Positions 11,353 to 20,973 of a stretch of DNA of 64,000 nt are shown here, in pieces. Numbering within the stretch: the stretch's first letter is position 1; the number at the start of each line of letters is the position of its first letter. The notes below the pieces were generated by a model. It made no database searches. It saw nothing but the letters and a program-made list of their open reading frames with translations, and was not told the DNA's origin. The translations under genes were made by a program, and so were the position numbers. Origin of the DNA: Spirochaetia bacterium (lineage in GTDB: Bacteria > Spirochaetota > Spirochaetia > SZUA-6 > Bin103); NCBI GenBank assembly GCA_965203905.1, contig CBDBDQ010000005.1:6208001-6272000 (forward strand). Direction: 5' to 3'.

Positions 11353-13374
11353 CTATTGCTGCTCGCCATCGGCCCGCCTGAAAAACCGGCCGGTGCGCTG
11401 GAACGGCGTAAACGCCCTCCCCCCTTCCGGGTAATAGCGCTGAAACGATTCCAGATAGTTCAGCCGCAATGAATGTACGAAGGCCCCCAACATCGACAGG
11501 ACCAGGTTGAGCAGGTGAAAGAATACGAATATCACCGCGCCGATGAGGGCGGCGATCACCACCAGCACCACCGAGCCGCCCCCGCCGAGGAACAGTCCCC
11601 CGATCACCTGTGCCACGAAGGCGATGAACGCCGAGGTCATGTTGAGGATCGCCAGCCGCATGTAGGAGAGGGCGTCGGAAAAGAATCCGACCAGCCCGTA
11701 GTAGCCGACGATGCCGTACAGCGACACCACGCCTGCGAGCAACCGGGCCACCAGGTTCTTGCTGTTGCGGCCGGCGAACAGCACGATGGTCACCGCGCCC
11801 GCCGCCGCCAGGATGGCCCCCACGAGGCGCAGGGCCGGCTGTCCGAGGAATATCCCGCCGATCGCCAGCAACCCGCCGACCAGCAGCACCAGCCAGGCCA
11901 GGTTGTCGCAGATGGCGCCCGTACGGTCACCGCGCTTGAGCAGGTTGACGAAGCCGGCGGTGATGGACGCGAGCTGGAACACGATGCCCACCCCCACGGC
12001 GACGCCGATGAGTGGGATGATGTCGCGTGTCGGATTGATCAGCGGCAGCAGACCGAGGAACTTGCCGCCGCCTCCCGTGCCGGGAGAAAACCCGAAGAAG
12101 CTCCAGGTGAGGACTCCCACCACCAGGGTAGCGACTCCCGTGTACACGAACATGGTCAGAAACAGGCGCGTCTCGCCGGCCGACTGGAAGCGCCGCCGCA
12201 GCCAGCTCGCCAGCAGGATCTGCAGCACGCCGTAACCGAAGTCGCCCAGGGCAATGGCGTAGAACACGGTCATGGCCACCGCCACGAAGGGAGTGGGGTC
12301 GATCCCGAAGTAATTCGGCAGCCCGTACATGGTGATCAGGGTCTGGAACGGCTCCACCAGCCTGCGGTTGCTGAGCTTCACCGGCGGCCGGTCATCCGCC
12401 GCGGGCGCCGACAGCCGGTAGCGAATCTGGGGATGGCCGGCCAGCAACGCTTCCAGGGCACCGCGCCGGGTGGTTTCCACCCAGCCGACGATCACCGCGG
12501 CATGGCGCGAGTAGAAGATGCGCCCGCGGGCGTCCAGACTGCGGCGGCGGCTCTCGTACTCGTCGGCCGCCGCCTGCAGCGCCCGGCGCCGCTGCCGGGC
12601 CTCGTCGGCGAAGGCCGCGGCCAGCTCCGCGCGCCGGCGCTCCAACTCGTCGCCGCGCGTGCGCGCACTCTCCAGGGCGGCGGCGGCGGAGCTGTCCAAC
12701 CGGGGCAGCTCCACCTCCTCGGCCCGCACCTGACGCAGCGCGGTGCCCACCGCGTCGAGGTCTTCCGGCAGCGAGACGACCACGGCATACGCCACCTTGG
12801 CGGCCGCCCCGACCGGTGCCAGCCGAAGATGACCGCCGCGCGCGTTCAACAATGTCTCGAGCTGCTCGACGGCGGCCAGCGGAACCCGTACCGGAGTCAG
12901 GGCGGCATAGCTGCCGCGACCGACGGCGGCCAACTCCACTCCCAGCTCGGCCCACGGTGTGAGGGTGGCGATGCGCTCACGGAGGCCCTCAAGCTCGGCC
13001 ACCAGCGCCTCGTAGTCGGCCAGACGCGCCTCCAGCTCGGCGCGATAGGCGAGCACGTCGACGGAGTTCACGAGAGCGGCGAACTCCGCCTCGTCGACCG
13101 CCGGCGGGGACCCGAAGAAATCCTCCAGCATGCTCGCCTTGTGGGGCGCGAAGCGCTGGAACAGGTCGAGGATCCAGCGCGCCGCCGCCAGGTGACCGTC
13201 CACCTCCGAGGTGTCGGGCGCGTCGCGCTGCTCCCACTGTGCCAGCTCCTCGGGAAGGCCGTCGTGCACGTCGTCCACGTGCAGCAACGCGGCCCGCTCC
13301 AGTGAGCGCAGCAGGTCGGTGATGGCGTCCCGCGGCGCTACCAGCTCGGCCTTGGTGAGATCTGCTATCGCCAT
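11353..13374 (-). CDS. ntpI: V/A-type ATP synthase subunit I
   Basis: MYGLP...IDPTP, GDFGYG, SDALSYMRL, HSLRLNYLE; start taken at MAIADL. Confidence 0.95.
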   Translation of the reverse strand: MAIADLTKAELVAPRDAITDLLRSLERAALLHVDDVHDGLPEELAQWEQRDAPDTSEVDGHLAAARWILDLFQRFAPHKASMLEDFFGSPPAVDEAEFAALVNSVDVLAYRAELEARLADYEALVAELEGLRERIATLTPWAELGVELAAVGRGSYAALTPVRVPLAAVEQLETLLNARGGHLRLAPVGAAAKVAYAVVVSLPEDLDAVGTALRQVRAEEVELPRLDSSAAAALESARTRGDELERRRAELAAAFADEARQRRRALQAAADEYESRRRSLDARGRIFYSRHAAVIVGWVETTRRGALEALLAGHPQIRYRLSAPAADDRPPVKLSNRRLVEPFQTLITMYGLPNYFGIDPTPFVAVAMTVFYAIALGDFGYGVLQILLASWLRRRFQSAGETRLFLTMFVYTGVATLVVGVLTWSFFGFSPGTGGGGKFLGLLPLINPTRDIIPLIGVAVGVGIVFQLASITAGFVNLLKRGDRTGAICDNLAWLVLLVGGLLAIGGIFLGQPALRLVGAILAAAGAVTIVLFAGRNSKNLVARLLAGVVSLYGIVGYYGLVGFFSDALSYMRLAILNMTSAFIAFVAQVIGGLFLGGGGSVVLVVIAALIGAVIFVFFHLLNLVLSMLGAFVHSLRLNYLESFQRYYPEGGRAFTPFQRTGRFFRRADGEQQ

Positions 13375-13465
13375 CGGTACCGCCGCCGCATCACACGACC
13401 CGAGGGTTGCGGCGAAACCGCGTGGGAGACAACTCGAATAGCGGGCATCTTCGGGACTGGTCAGC

Positions 13466-13774
13466 CTATCTCTGGTGCAGTTTTTCGAGCAGGGCGGCCA
13501 CTGCCGCATCGCGGTTGGCGGCAGCACCGCGATCGAGTCGTTCCAACTCGCGGGCGCCCGCTTCGTGCACGCGTTCCTTCTCAGCGGCCAGGTCGTGGTG
13601 CAACTCGTCTCGATACCGTTGCAGCTCTTCGTCGACGGCGGCCAGACGTTCCTTACGCTGGCTGTCCAGATCGGTACGGCAGCGCGCCATCAGGTCGGCG
13701 GCACGCTGGCGGTACTGTGCCTCGATCTGCTCCGCTTCCGCCTCGGCGTTCTTCACGTCCTTCAGGACATCCAT
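13466..13774 (-). CDS. V/A-type ATP synthase subunit G/H (peripheral stalk)
   Basis: 102-aa charged helix starting MDVLKDVKNAEAEA; first gene of the operon. Confidence 0.75.
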   Translation of the reverse strand: MDVLKDVKNAEAEAEQIEAQYRQRAADLMARCRTDLDSQRKERLAAVDEELQRYRDELHHDLAAEKERVHEAGARELERLDRGAAANRDAAVAALLEKLHQR

Positions 13775-13965
13775 AGAGCGGTCTGCTCCCCCTGCTCAGG
13801 TGCCGGCCAGCGGCACGTTCAGTTAGGCCCGGCGAAGCCCCTCGCCCGCCGGGTTCGGCCGGGGGCGCGATCCCGCCGCCATGCCATCGTGCGAGCGCGC
13901 GCACCATACCTCGTTCCCGAGGAGCCCTGAGGCGCGCTGGCGAGGATTCTCGTGGGGATGCAAGT

Positions 13966-13994
13966 ATAGTCGCAACCCGCGCGACACCTGTCAA
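13966..13994 (-). promoter_or_regulatory. Putative sigma70 promoter of the ATP synthase operon
   Basis: Minus strand TTGACA-17 nt-GACTAT. Confidence 0.55.
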
Positions 13995-14053
13995 CACTTC
14001 TTTTCAGTTCCACGCCGCTCCGGCTCTCCCCGGCCGGGCCAGCGAGACGCGCG

Positions 14054-14737
14054 TCACCAGCTCACGGTCAGGACTTGCCGTTCCCGCTGCGCCGCATAAC
14101 GTGCCAGGGGAATGGTCACCGTTACCTGGCGCCCGTCTTCGCTCAGCACGCCCTCGCTGCGATCCCGGATCGGGCGTGGAGCTTCCACTACAAAGCTGAC
14201 GACATGGTCCCCGAACAGCATGTAGAGCAGCTCACGGGCACCGGCGTCCAACGCCGGGTCATCCGCGGCAATCCCGAGCACCAGCGCGAACGTGGCCGGA
14301 TCGCCGTCCTCCAGCCGCGGCTGCAAGTCGGCGAAGCTGGGCAGCTCGGCAAGCTTCCGCACCCGGTCGAAGTGCAACGTGGCACTGACCACCACGGCAT
14401 CCTCACCGTCGTCGCGCCGGTATTCGGTAAGCTCCAGCCCCTCCACCGCCGCGGTCGCCGCGCGGAAGTCGCGCTCGGAAATGGGTAGCGGCAGCGCTCC
14501 CGGCGCCGCCGCATTGCCGAGCTCCGCCATTGCCGGATCGAGTCGATAAACCAGTTGCAGATCGCCGGATCCATCTTCATTGAACACGAACCGGGATTCG
14601 ATGCTGACACAGGCACCCAGGGCGACCACCAGCGCCACGACCACGAGCAGCCGGCCGCTGCGCCAGGCTGCGCCGGGGGGGCGCCATACCCGCCGCCGCG
14701 GCGTCCGTGACGCACGACCGGGTAACGCCAACCTCAT
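14054..14737 (-). CDS. Hypothetical lipoprotein
   Basis: ATG overlaps the upstream stop; hydrophobic stretch plus lipobox LGA-C, then a beta-rich mature domain (FNEDGSG). Confidence 0.7.
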   Translation of the reverse strand: MRLALPGRASRTPRRRVWRPPGAAWRSGRLLVVVALVVALGACVSIESRFVFNEDGSGDLQLVYRLDPAMAELGNAAAPGALPLPISERDFRAATAAVEGLELTEYRRDDGEDAVVVSATLHFDRVRKLAELPSFADLQPRLEDGDPATFALVLGIAADDPALDAGARELLYMLFGDHVVSFVVEAPRPIRDRSEGVLSEDGRQVTVTIPLARYAAQRERQVLTVSW

Positions 14738-15522
14738 CGGCTGCCCCGGGCGCGTGTCCCGGGGGCGCCGCGGGCCCGGCCCGAGACACGCGCCGGGCCG
14801 GCGCCGCCGCTGCCGTCCGCGAGTTCCATCAGCGCGTGCCGCGGGCAACCCATGGCCCGGTAGATCTCGCGACAGACCCAGGCATCGGTGGCGGCGTAGC
14901 GCTGCTGTCGCTGGCTCAGGCTCGGTGCCGCCCAGTTCGAGGTCTGCGCGCCCTTGGTAATTCGAATCCCCAGGTAGGCCGCCGCCAGGCCGCGCAGGCT
15001 CAGGGGAGCGCAGCCCGCGGCGCGGGCCACGGGAACCAGGTCCGCCACCGGGCGCGCCGTTACGCCCCAGTGCTCGCGCAGCTCGCGCACTTCGTCGGCC
15101 GGACCCTGCCCGACCTTGATCACGTCATCGGATTCCAGGAGTTCGCGCAGTGCCGCTGAAGGACCGTGTTCCGGATCGATGCGGAACAGACACGCCAGTT
15201 CCGCGGTCGCCAGCTGCACCAAGGCGATGGGATGGCGCTCACCGCGCCGAAACGACGGGCGCGATTCGGTGTCGAAGCCCAGTACGCGGCGGCCTCCAAG
15301 CCCCGCCGCGGCGTGCAGGGCGGCGCAGGCGGGCGCAGCCGCCGTGGACTCCACCACCTCGATGCGGCCGGCGAAAGCGCCGACGGGAAGGGCGTTGATT
15401 TCCGCCTTGGACAGCGCGCGACCGCTCGTGCCGGGTGCTGCGACGGGGCGCCGCCCGAGTTTCCGAGGGCGTTCCCCCTCCCGCTCCCGCGGCAGCGGGC
15501 CGCGTTGCCTAGTGGCGGACAC
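14734..15522 (-). CDS. DEDDy 3'-5' exonuclease (WRN/RNase D-like)
   Basis: LGFDTESRP, LVQLAT, SLRGLAA, QTSNW, YAATDA. Confidence 0.92.
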   Translation of the reverse strand: MSATRQRGPLPREREGERPRKLGRRPVAAPGTSGRALSKAEINALPVGAFAGRIEVVESTAAAPACAALHAAAGLGGRRVLGFDTESRPSFRRGERHPIALVQLATAELACLFRIDPEHGPSAALRELLESDDVIKVGQGPADEVRELREHWGVTARPVADLVPVARAAGCAPLSLRGLAAAYLGIRITKGAQTSNWAAPSLSQRQQRYAATDAWVCREIYRAMGCPRHALMELADGSGGAGPARVSGRARGAPGTRARGSR

Positions 15523-15636
15523 CGTCCGGAAATCCTCGCGCCGCGTTCCCGGATAGCGCGTCCCGGTCAGTTCGTGAGGTCCTGTCGCGACCGCTCGAAT
15601 TAGCCAATAGTTCTTGCTATGGTATAGAATTGACCA

Positions 15637-15710
15637 TGGGCGGTACTGGACTCGAACCAGTGACCCCTAGCGTGTCGAGCTAGTGCTCTAGCCAACTGAG
15701 CTAACCGCCC
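15637..15710 (-). tRNA. tRNA-Val (GAC)
   Basis: GGGCGGTTAGCTCAGTTGGCTAGAGCACTAGCTC-GAC-ACGCTAGGGGTCACTGGTTCGAGTCCAGTACCGCCCA folds as a cloverleaf; CCA is not encoded. Confidence 0.96.
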
Positions 15711-15842
15711 GGTCTGTACCCTTACGGTGCACCGCCTCGCGCGCCGCCGTCAATACCCGGACCCGGCGGTCTCCGCGCGGGGCTCGCGGCACTCGATGAC
15801 GAGATTCCATCGCCACAGCGTTGACCGACGGCGCGGAACGCC

Positions 15843-16005
15843 CTATCCTTACGCCCTAAGGATAGTTCACTCCCTCCCACCGCGCCGATCGCGGCCCCCA
15901 GGGGCACGGAGACGCAGTACCTGTTTGGCCGACATACCCTGCCGTCATTCAAGACTGACTGCCTCCCGTAGTCGCCGTACGCAGGGAGATGGAGATGGAG
16001 TGGAC
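15843..16005 (+). ncRNA. Candidate structured 5' leader of the RRM gene
   Basis: Stems CTATCCTTA/TAAGGATAG, long-range GTTCACTCC/GGAGTGGAC, inner CTCCC/GGGAG and GCCG/CGGC. Confidence 0.5.
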
Positions 16006-16020
16006 CGGGAGAAGAAGGAA

Positions 16021-16287
16021 ATGAACAAGAAGCTATTCGTCGGTGGCCTGCCCTATGCGGTCACGGATGATCGCCTGGAAGAGGTTTTCGCCGCCCACGG
16101 TACCGTGGAGTCGGCGCGCGTCGTGACGGACAAGTTCACCGGACAGTCGCGCGGATTCGGATTCGTGGAAATGAGTTCGCCAGCGGAGGCTTCCGCGGCG
16201 GTTACCGCGCTCAACGAAACCGATCTCGACGGCCGCACGATTACCGTGGCCGAGGCGCGTCCGCGGGAGGATCGTTCGCGTTGGTAG
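16021..16287 (+). CDS. Single-RRM RNA-binding protein
   Basis: RNP2 LFVGGL, RNP1 RGFGFVEM; AAGGA RBS. Confidence 0.95.
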   Translation: MNKKLFVGGLPYAVTDDRLEEVFAAHGTVESARVVTDKFTGQSRGFGFVEMSSPAEASAAVTALNETDLDGRTITVAEARPREDRSRW

Positions 16288-16294
16288 CGCGCCG

Positions 16295-16314
16295 CCGGTA
16301 CGGGTCCGTACCGG
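16295..16314 (+). terminator. Hairpin downstream of the RRM gene
   Basis: ccggtacgg-gt-ccgtaccgg just after the stop; no U-tract. Confidence 0.4.
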
Positions 16315-16491
16315 ACGGCGAGCCTGGCACTAGCAGCCAGGCCACGACGGTCGCCTGACGGCGCCGGTCCTGGCGCGGTAAGCGCGGGCCATCCCGCACA
16401 CCGGTTGCCGGGGTCGGCGTCCCGGTATAGGATTGCCACGTCGCCTCAAGCCCGGCCGCGGGTGGTGGTGGCGGCGGGAGGAGAGCGTCGT

Positions 16492-17586
16492 ATGGAAACG
16501 GCGGGCTACGGCGAGCCGGTCAGCGCGGCCCGCCGTGAGCACCTCACCGGGCATCACGGCCAACCTGCAGGGAGTGGGCAGCCTGCAGACAGTGAGCACC
16601 TCATCGGACGCCGCAAGGCGGCCATACTTCTCGTACTGCTTGGTTCCGAGCTTGCCTCGGACATCTTCAAGCACCTCGACGACGAAGAAATAGAGCAGCT
16701 TTCCCTGGAAATCGCGCAGCTGGATGCGATCGCGCCGGAGGATCAGGTTCGGGCCCTGGCGGAATTCCAGGAGTTGATGCTGGAACGCGACCCGGCACCC
16801 AGCCGTGGCGGCATGGATTATGCGCGCGGTGTCCTGGAACGGTCGCTCGGCGCCGACAAGGCGGACGCGGTTGTCGACCGTGTCGCCCGCATCCTGCGCC
16901 CGCGGCCGTTCGGCTTCATGCGCCGCAGTGATCCGGAGCAGCTCCTCTCGTTCCTGCGTGACGAACATCCTCAGACCATCGCACTGATTCTGGCGTATCT
17001 GGATCCCGGCGTTGCGGCCGCTCTCCTGGCGAGTCTGCCCTACGCCATGCAGGGCGACGTGGCGCGGCGCATTGCCACTCTGGATCTGGCCGCGCCGGAG
17101 GTCGTGCACGAGGTAGAGCGCGTGCTGCAGCACAAGCTGGCACGTTCCTCGCCGCCGGCTGCCGCCACCGAGCGCGCTGCCTCGGGAGGCGTCGAGGCCA
17201 TGGTGAAGATCTTCCACCTCATGGACCGCAGCACCGAGCAGAGCGTGATCGACGCCCTGGAGCAGGAGGATCCCGAACTGGCTCAGGAAGTCAAACAGCG
17301 GTTGTTCGGGTTCGAGGACTTGCTGCTACTCGACGACCAGGCGCTGCAAGCGGTGTTGCGGGAAGTGAGCCGGCAGGAGTTGGCGGCTGCTCTGAAGGCG
17401 GTGGACGCCGAGATCCTGGAGCGGGTGGTACGCAACATGTCCAAACGTGGCGCGGCGCTGCTGCGCGATGCCATGGAGCATCTGGGACCGATCCGTCTCG
17501 GCGAAGTGGAGGAAGCACAGCGCAGAGTGGCTGGCGTGATTCGCAGCCTTCAGCAGCGGGGCGAGATCGCCATCAATCACCGGTAG
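16492..17586 (+). CDS. fliG: Flagellar motor switch protein FliG (stand-alone copy)
   Basis: GRRKAAILLV, EHPQTIALIL, GG linker, FEDL, NMSKR...GPIRL.EVEEAQ; GGAGGA RBS. Confidence 0.92.
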   Translation: METAGYGEPVSAARREHLTGHHGQPAGSGQPADSEHLIGRRKAAILLVLLGSELASDIFKHLDDEEIEQLSLEIAQLDAIAPEDQVRALAEFQELMLERDPAPSRGGMDYARGVLERSLGADKADAVVDRVARILRPRPFGFMRRSDPEQLLSFLRDEHPQTIALILAYLDPGVAAALLASLPYAMQGDVARRIATLDLAAPEVVHEVERVLQHKLARSSPPAAATERAASGGVEAMVKIFHLMDRSTEQSVIDALEQEDPELAQEVKQRLFGFEDLLLLDDQALQAVLREVSRQELAAALKAVDAEILERVVRNMSKRGAALLRDAMEHLGPIRLGEVEEAQRRVAGVIRSLQQRGEIAINHR

Positions 17587-17651
17587 GAACCGTCCAACCG
17601 TTCCACGGCGCGTTGACCCCGCATCCGCGGTCCCGTAGCTTAGAAGATGAG

Positions 17652-18482
17652 ATGGCTGCGTGTTTACCTGTTACCCGCTTGGTCCGTCGCACGCGCGCGC
17701 CCATGGGGGCACTGTGCGCCGCCCTCTTGGCATGGCTGCCGGCGGCGGCGAGCGCCAACCCGACATCGGAGCAGGCGGCCACGGCTGCGGGCGAGACCTC
17801 GTTCGCCGTCGTGGAGCTGTTCACCTCCCAGGGCTGCAACAGCTGTCCGCGTGCCGAACAGGCGCTTGCGCGGCTCGGGGAGCAGACCCGGGGCATGCCG
17901 GTGTTCCCCATCGAGTGGCACGTGGAGTACTGGGACTATCTCGGCTGGCCCGACCCCTACGCGCTGCCCGAGGCCGAGCGCCGGCAGCGTAACTACGGCC
18001 GCGCGCTGCACAGCCGCATCTTTACTCCACAACTGGTTATCAACGGACGCCAAGTGGTGCGGCCCGCCCAGGACTATTCCCTGGTGCACTCCGCTGCCCT
18101 GGCGGCAGTCGGTTCGGCGCCGGTGGCGGCAGACGGACTACCGGCCGTCGTGCTCACCGTGCCGGTGCATGACGACCGCTCCATGCAGATCGAGTATCGG
18201 GTCACCGACGTTCCGGCCGGCTGCGCCCTCACGGTCGTCGCGGTAGAGACCGGTCTCGAGAACTTCGTACCGCGGGGCGAGAACCGCGGCCGTACCCTGC
18301 GCCACCACAACGTGGTGCGTGGCTTCGTCACGGTGGATCTCGCCGCCGTAGCGGACCAGTCCGGGCAGCTCCGGATCGATCTGCCGCCGGAAGTGGCACG
18401 CGAGGCCAGCAGCATCATCGGCTACGTACAGGAACGCGGCAGCCTGCAAATCATCGCGGCGGCGCAGGCAACACCCGCCTGA
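17652..18482 (+). CDS. Secreted DUF1223 thioredoxin-like protein
   Basis: VVELFTSQGCNSCP, HVEYWDYLGW.DP, TPQLVING, RGENRGRTL.H.NVV. Confidence 0.9.
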   Translation: MAACLPVTRLVRRTRAPMGALCAALLAWLPAAASANPTSEQAATAAGETSFAVVELFTSQGCNSCPRAEQALARLGEQTRGMPVFPIEWHVEYWDYLGWPDPYALPEAERRQRNYGRALHSRIFTPQLVINGRQVVRPAQDYSLVHSAALAAVGSAPVAADGLPAVVLTVPVHDDRSMQIEYRVTDVPAGCALTVVAVETGLENFVPRGENRGRTLRHHNVVRGFVTVDLAAVADQSGQLRIDLPPEVAREASSIIGYVQERGSLQIIAAAQATPA

Positions 18483-18490
18483 TCTGCGAA

Positions 18491-19357
18491 GTGAGCGCTC
18501 ACTATGCCCCCTGCGTCCGCTGGCGCCGGGCTGGATGCGTGCGGCTGGCCCTGCTGGTGCTGGCCGTGCTCGCGGCAGCCGCTGGCGCGGTACACGGCCG
18601 CGGACAGCGCAACGCAGACCGGGTAGAACCCGGCGCCGCGTTCGCGCAGCCGACGGGAGAGGCCAGCGCCCGTTTCGCCGGGCTGGTGGTAGATGCCGTC
18701 GGGATGCCCATTGCGGACGTGTACGTCGCCATGTGCGCGAGCGCCTGTTGGCCGGCACGCACCGATGCCGAGGGCCGTTTCCTGTACGAGGAGCTTCCGG
18801 TCGAACGGTACGCACTCGACGTCAGGGGCGACACGGTACCCGAACGTGCACTCACTTCGGTGGTGTTTCCCGTGAAACTGGTGGCCGGCGACCAGGAGCT
18901 GGGCACGCCGATCCAATTGCAGGAAGCAGTATCGGTGCCGGCGTGGGACGGCGTCGGGCCGGCGCGGTTCGCCGGTCTGAGCCTGATTCCGTCTGCGCCG
19001 GTGGACCTGGGCATGCTGGACCGAGCCGGCGGCGGCGCCATCGGGGGGGCGCAGGTACCGCCGTCGGGCTGGCCAAGCTATCGCCTGGCGGTGGACCAGG
19101 TCCGGTACCGTCCGCTGGCGATGTGGGCGCTGCGACCATTCGGGGCGCGCGCCGGTCAGCTCCTGGAGGTACGTGCCGCCGTGCCGGCGCAAGCTCTCGA
19201 GTCCGGTATGGAAATGGCGTTCTTCGGCGTGGATCCGGTTACGGGAGCCGCCGAGTTGTTGGGACCGGCAGTGCCCGTCGGAGACGAGGTGGGCACGGCG
19301 GCCGGGAGCGGCATAGAGACGCTCACGTGGATCATCCTGGCGGCCCCCCAGCGTTAG
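18491..19357 (+). CDS. Exported protein with a carboxypeptidase-regulatory-like (prealbumin-fold) domain
   Basis: Signal-like N-terminus; GLVVDAVGMPIADVYV...RTDAEGRF. Confidence 0.6.
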   Translation: MSAHYAPCVRWRRAGCVRLALLVLAVLAAAAGAVHGRGQRNADRVEPGAAFAQPTGEASARFAGLVVDAVGMPIADVYVAMCASACWPARTDAEGRFLYEELPVERYALDVRGDTVPERALTSVVFPVKLVAGDQELGTPIQLQEAVSVPAWDGVGPARFAGLSLIPSAPVDLGMLDRAGGGAIGGAQVPPSGWPSYRLAVDQVRYRPLAMWALRPFGARAGQLLEVRAAVPAQALESGMEMAFFGVDPVTGAAELLGPAVPVGDEVGTAAGSGIETLTWIILAAPQR

Positions 19358-19470
19358 CAGCCTGTGCATCCCGGCTGGCCGCGTTGGTTTCGCACCGCGG
19401 CGTGGGCGCAGCCGGTCCGCTGCGGCACCGGGTTGAGTTGGCCGCCAGCGCTGCAATACACTCCGCCGTC

Positions 19471-20520
19471 ATGAGCCAACTCCGGCCTGAACGCATCCGC
19501 CCGCGGGGTGCGTGGTCGCTTCTGCCGTTCGGTCTGGTCCTGTCACTCGCCGCCTGCGCGTCGGGTGAGCAGCAGCCGAAGCTTGACGACGGTCTTTACG
19601 CGGAGCTGAAGACCACTCACGGCCCCATCTACCTGCGGCTGGAGTATGAACGGGTCCCGCTTACGGTCGCCAACTTCGTCGGCCTCGCCGAGGGCACCAT
19701 CGAGTTCCAGAACCGGGATGCCGAGCGCTACTACGACGGTCTCACCTTCCATCGCGTCATCGCCGACTTCATGATTCAGGGGGGGGACCCGCGCGGCGAC
19801 GGCACCGGCGGCCCCGGCTATTCGTTCCCCGACGAGATAGTCCCGGAGCTGACCCACGACGGTCCCGGGGTGCTGTCGATGGCCAACTCGGGCCCCAATA
19901 CCAACGGCAGCCAGTTCTTCATCACCCACGCGGCGACCCCCTGGCTGGATGGCCGCCATACCGTCTTCGGCCGCGTCGTGCACGGCCAGGAAGTGGTCAA
20001 CGCGGTAGGCCAGGGGGACGTCATCGAAGAACTCAACATCCTCCGCATCGGATCCGGCGCCGAGGCGTACGTGGTCGACCAGGCCCGTTTCGACGCGCTG
20101 CTGGAGCAGGTGGGAGGCCGCTCGCAGCGGGCGGCCGCCGAGGAGCGTTCCGCCGCGGAACAGATCATCACCGCCAACTGGCCCGATGCCGTGGCTACCG
20201 AATCGGGCTTGCGCTACGTGATCACCGCGGCCGGCACCGGCACCGAAAAGCCGCAGACCGGGCAGAACGTGATCGTGCATTACACCGGCAAGCTGCTCGA
20301 CGGCACCGTCTTCGACAGCTCCCACGCCCGCGGCAGCCCGGCCCGGTTCACCATCGGGCAGCTCATCGCGGGCGTGGACGAAGCGTTGCTGGATATGGTG
20401 GAAGGCGAGAAGCGTACCGTGATCATCCCTCCGGAGCTCGCCTACGGGAGCCGTGGTGTGCCCGGAGTTATTCCTCCCAATTCTTTTCTGGTGTTTGAAT
20501 TAGAGCTCTTGTCCGAGTAA
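19471..20520 (+). CDS. Bifunctional cyclophilin + FKBP peptidyl-prolyl isomerase, lipoprotein
   Basis: Lipobox LAA-C; FHRVIADFMIQGGDP, NGSQFFITH; VHYTGKLLDGTVFDSS, PELAYG. Confidence 0.95.
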   Translation: MSQLRPERIRPRGAWSLLPFGLVLSLAACASGEQQPKLDDGLYAELKTTHGPIYLRLEYERVPLTVANFVGLAEGTIEFQNRDAERYYDGLTFHRVIADFMIQGGDPRGDGTGGPGYSFPDEIVPELTHDGPGVLSMANSGPNTNGSQFFITHAATPWLDGRHTVFGRVVHGQEVVNAVGQGDVIEELNILRIGSGAEAYVVDQARFDALLEQVGGRSQRAAAEERSAAEQIITANWPDAVATESGLRYVITAAGTGTEKPQTGQNVIVHYTGKLLDGTVFDSSHARGSPARFTIGQLIAGVDEALLDMVEGEKRTVIIPPELAYGSRGVPGVIPPNSFLVFELELLSE

Positions 20521-20535
20521 CCGCTCGGGACCGGA

Positions 20536-20868
20536 ATGGGCCAGAAGCGCGAGAACACCGGGTTTGTCTGTGCCTGCTGCGGCTACCGGGTTGAGCCGGT
20601 GGACACCGGCAGCTACCGGAATCATTGCCCGCGCTGCCTGTACTCCCGGCACGTCGATGTGCGCCCGGGTGATCGCGCAAGTGCCTGCGGCGGCCTCATG
20701 GTGCCGATCGGGATCCGGCACGCGGGGAAAAAGGGCTGGCAACTGGTCCACCGTTGTGAGAAGTGCGGTGCCACCAGCGCCAACCGCGTTGCCGGCGGCA
20801 GGCGCCAGCCGGACACCGTCGCGGCTCTCGCCAAGCTGAGCGTAGAGTCTCCTCCGGCCGACGGGTAA
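20536..20868 (+). CDS. RNHCP-domain zinc-binding protein
   Basis: F.CACCG, RNHCPRCLYSRHVD..PGDRA, HRCEKCG. Confidence 0.9.
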   Translation: MGQKRENTGFVCACCGYRVEPVDTGSYRNHCPRCLYSRHVDVRPGDRASACGGLMVPIGIRHAGKKGWQLVHRCEKCGATSANRVAGGRRQPDTVAALAKLSVESPPADG

Positions 20869-20944
20869 TCACGTTGAACAGGAAGCTGAACAGGTTGTCC
20901 TATTTTCGCCTTGACCCATCACGAAAACAACTCGCAAAAAGGGT

Positions 20945-20973
20945 TTGACAGACTTCAAGCGGTCTGTGATTAT
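20945..20973 (+). promoter_or_regulatory. Putative sigma70 promoter with an overlapping inverted repeat
   Basis: TTGACA-17 nt-GATTAT; ACAGAC-N8-GTCTGT spans the spacer. Confidence 0.6.

Noticed and set aside
15560-15710. tRNA-Val as an island integration site
   Set aside because: No duplicated tRNA 3' end or integrase was seen in the window.
18535-19470. N-terminal extension of the PPIase ORF
   Set aside because: Overlaps 18491-19357 in another frame; the signal peptide follows 19471.
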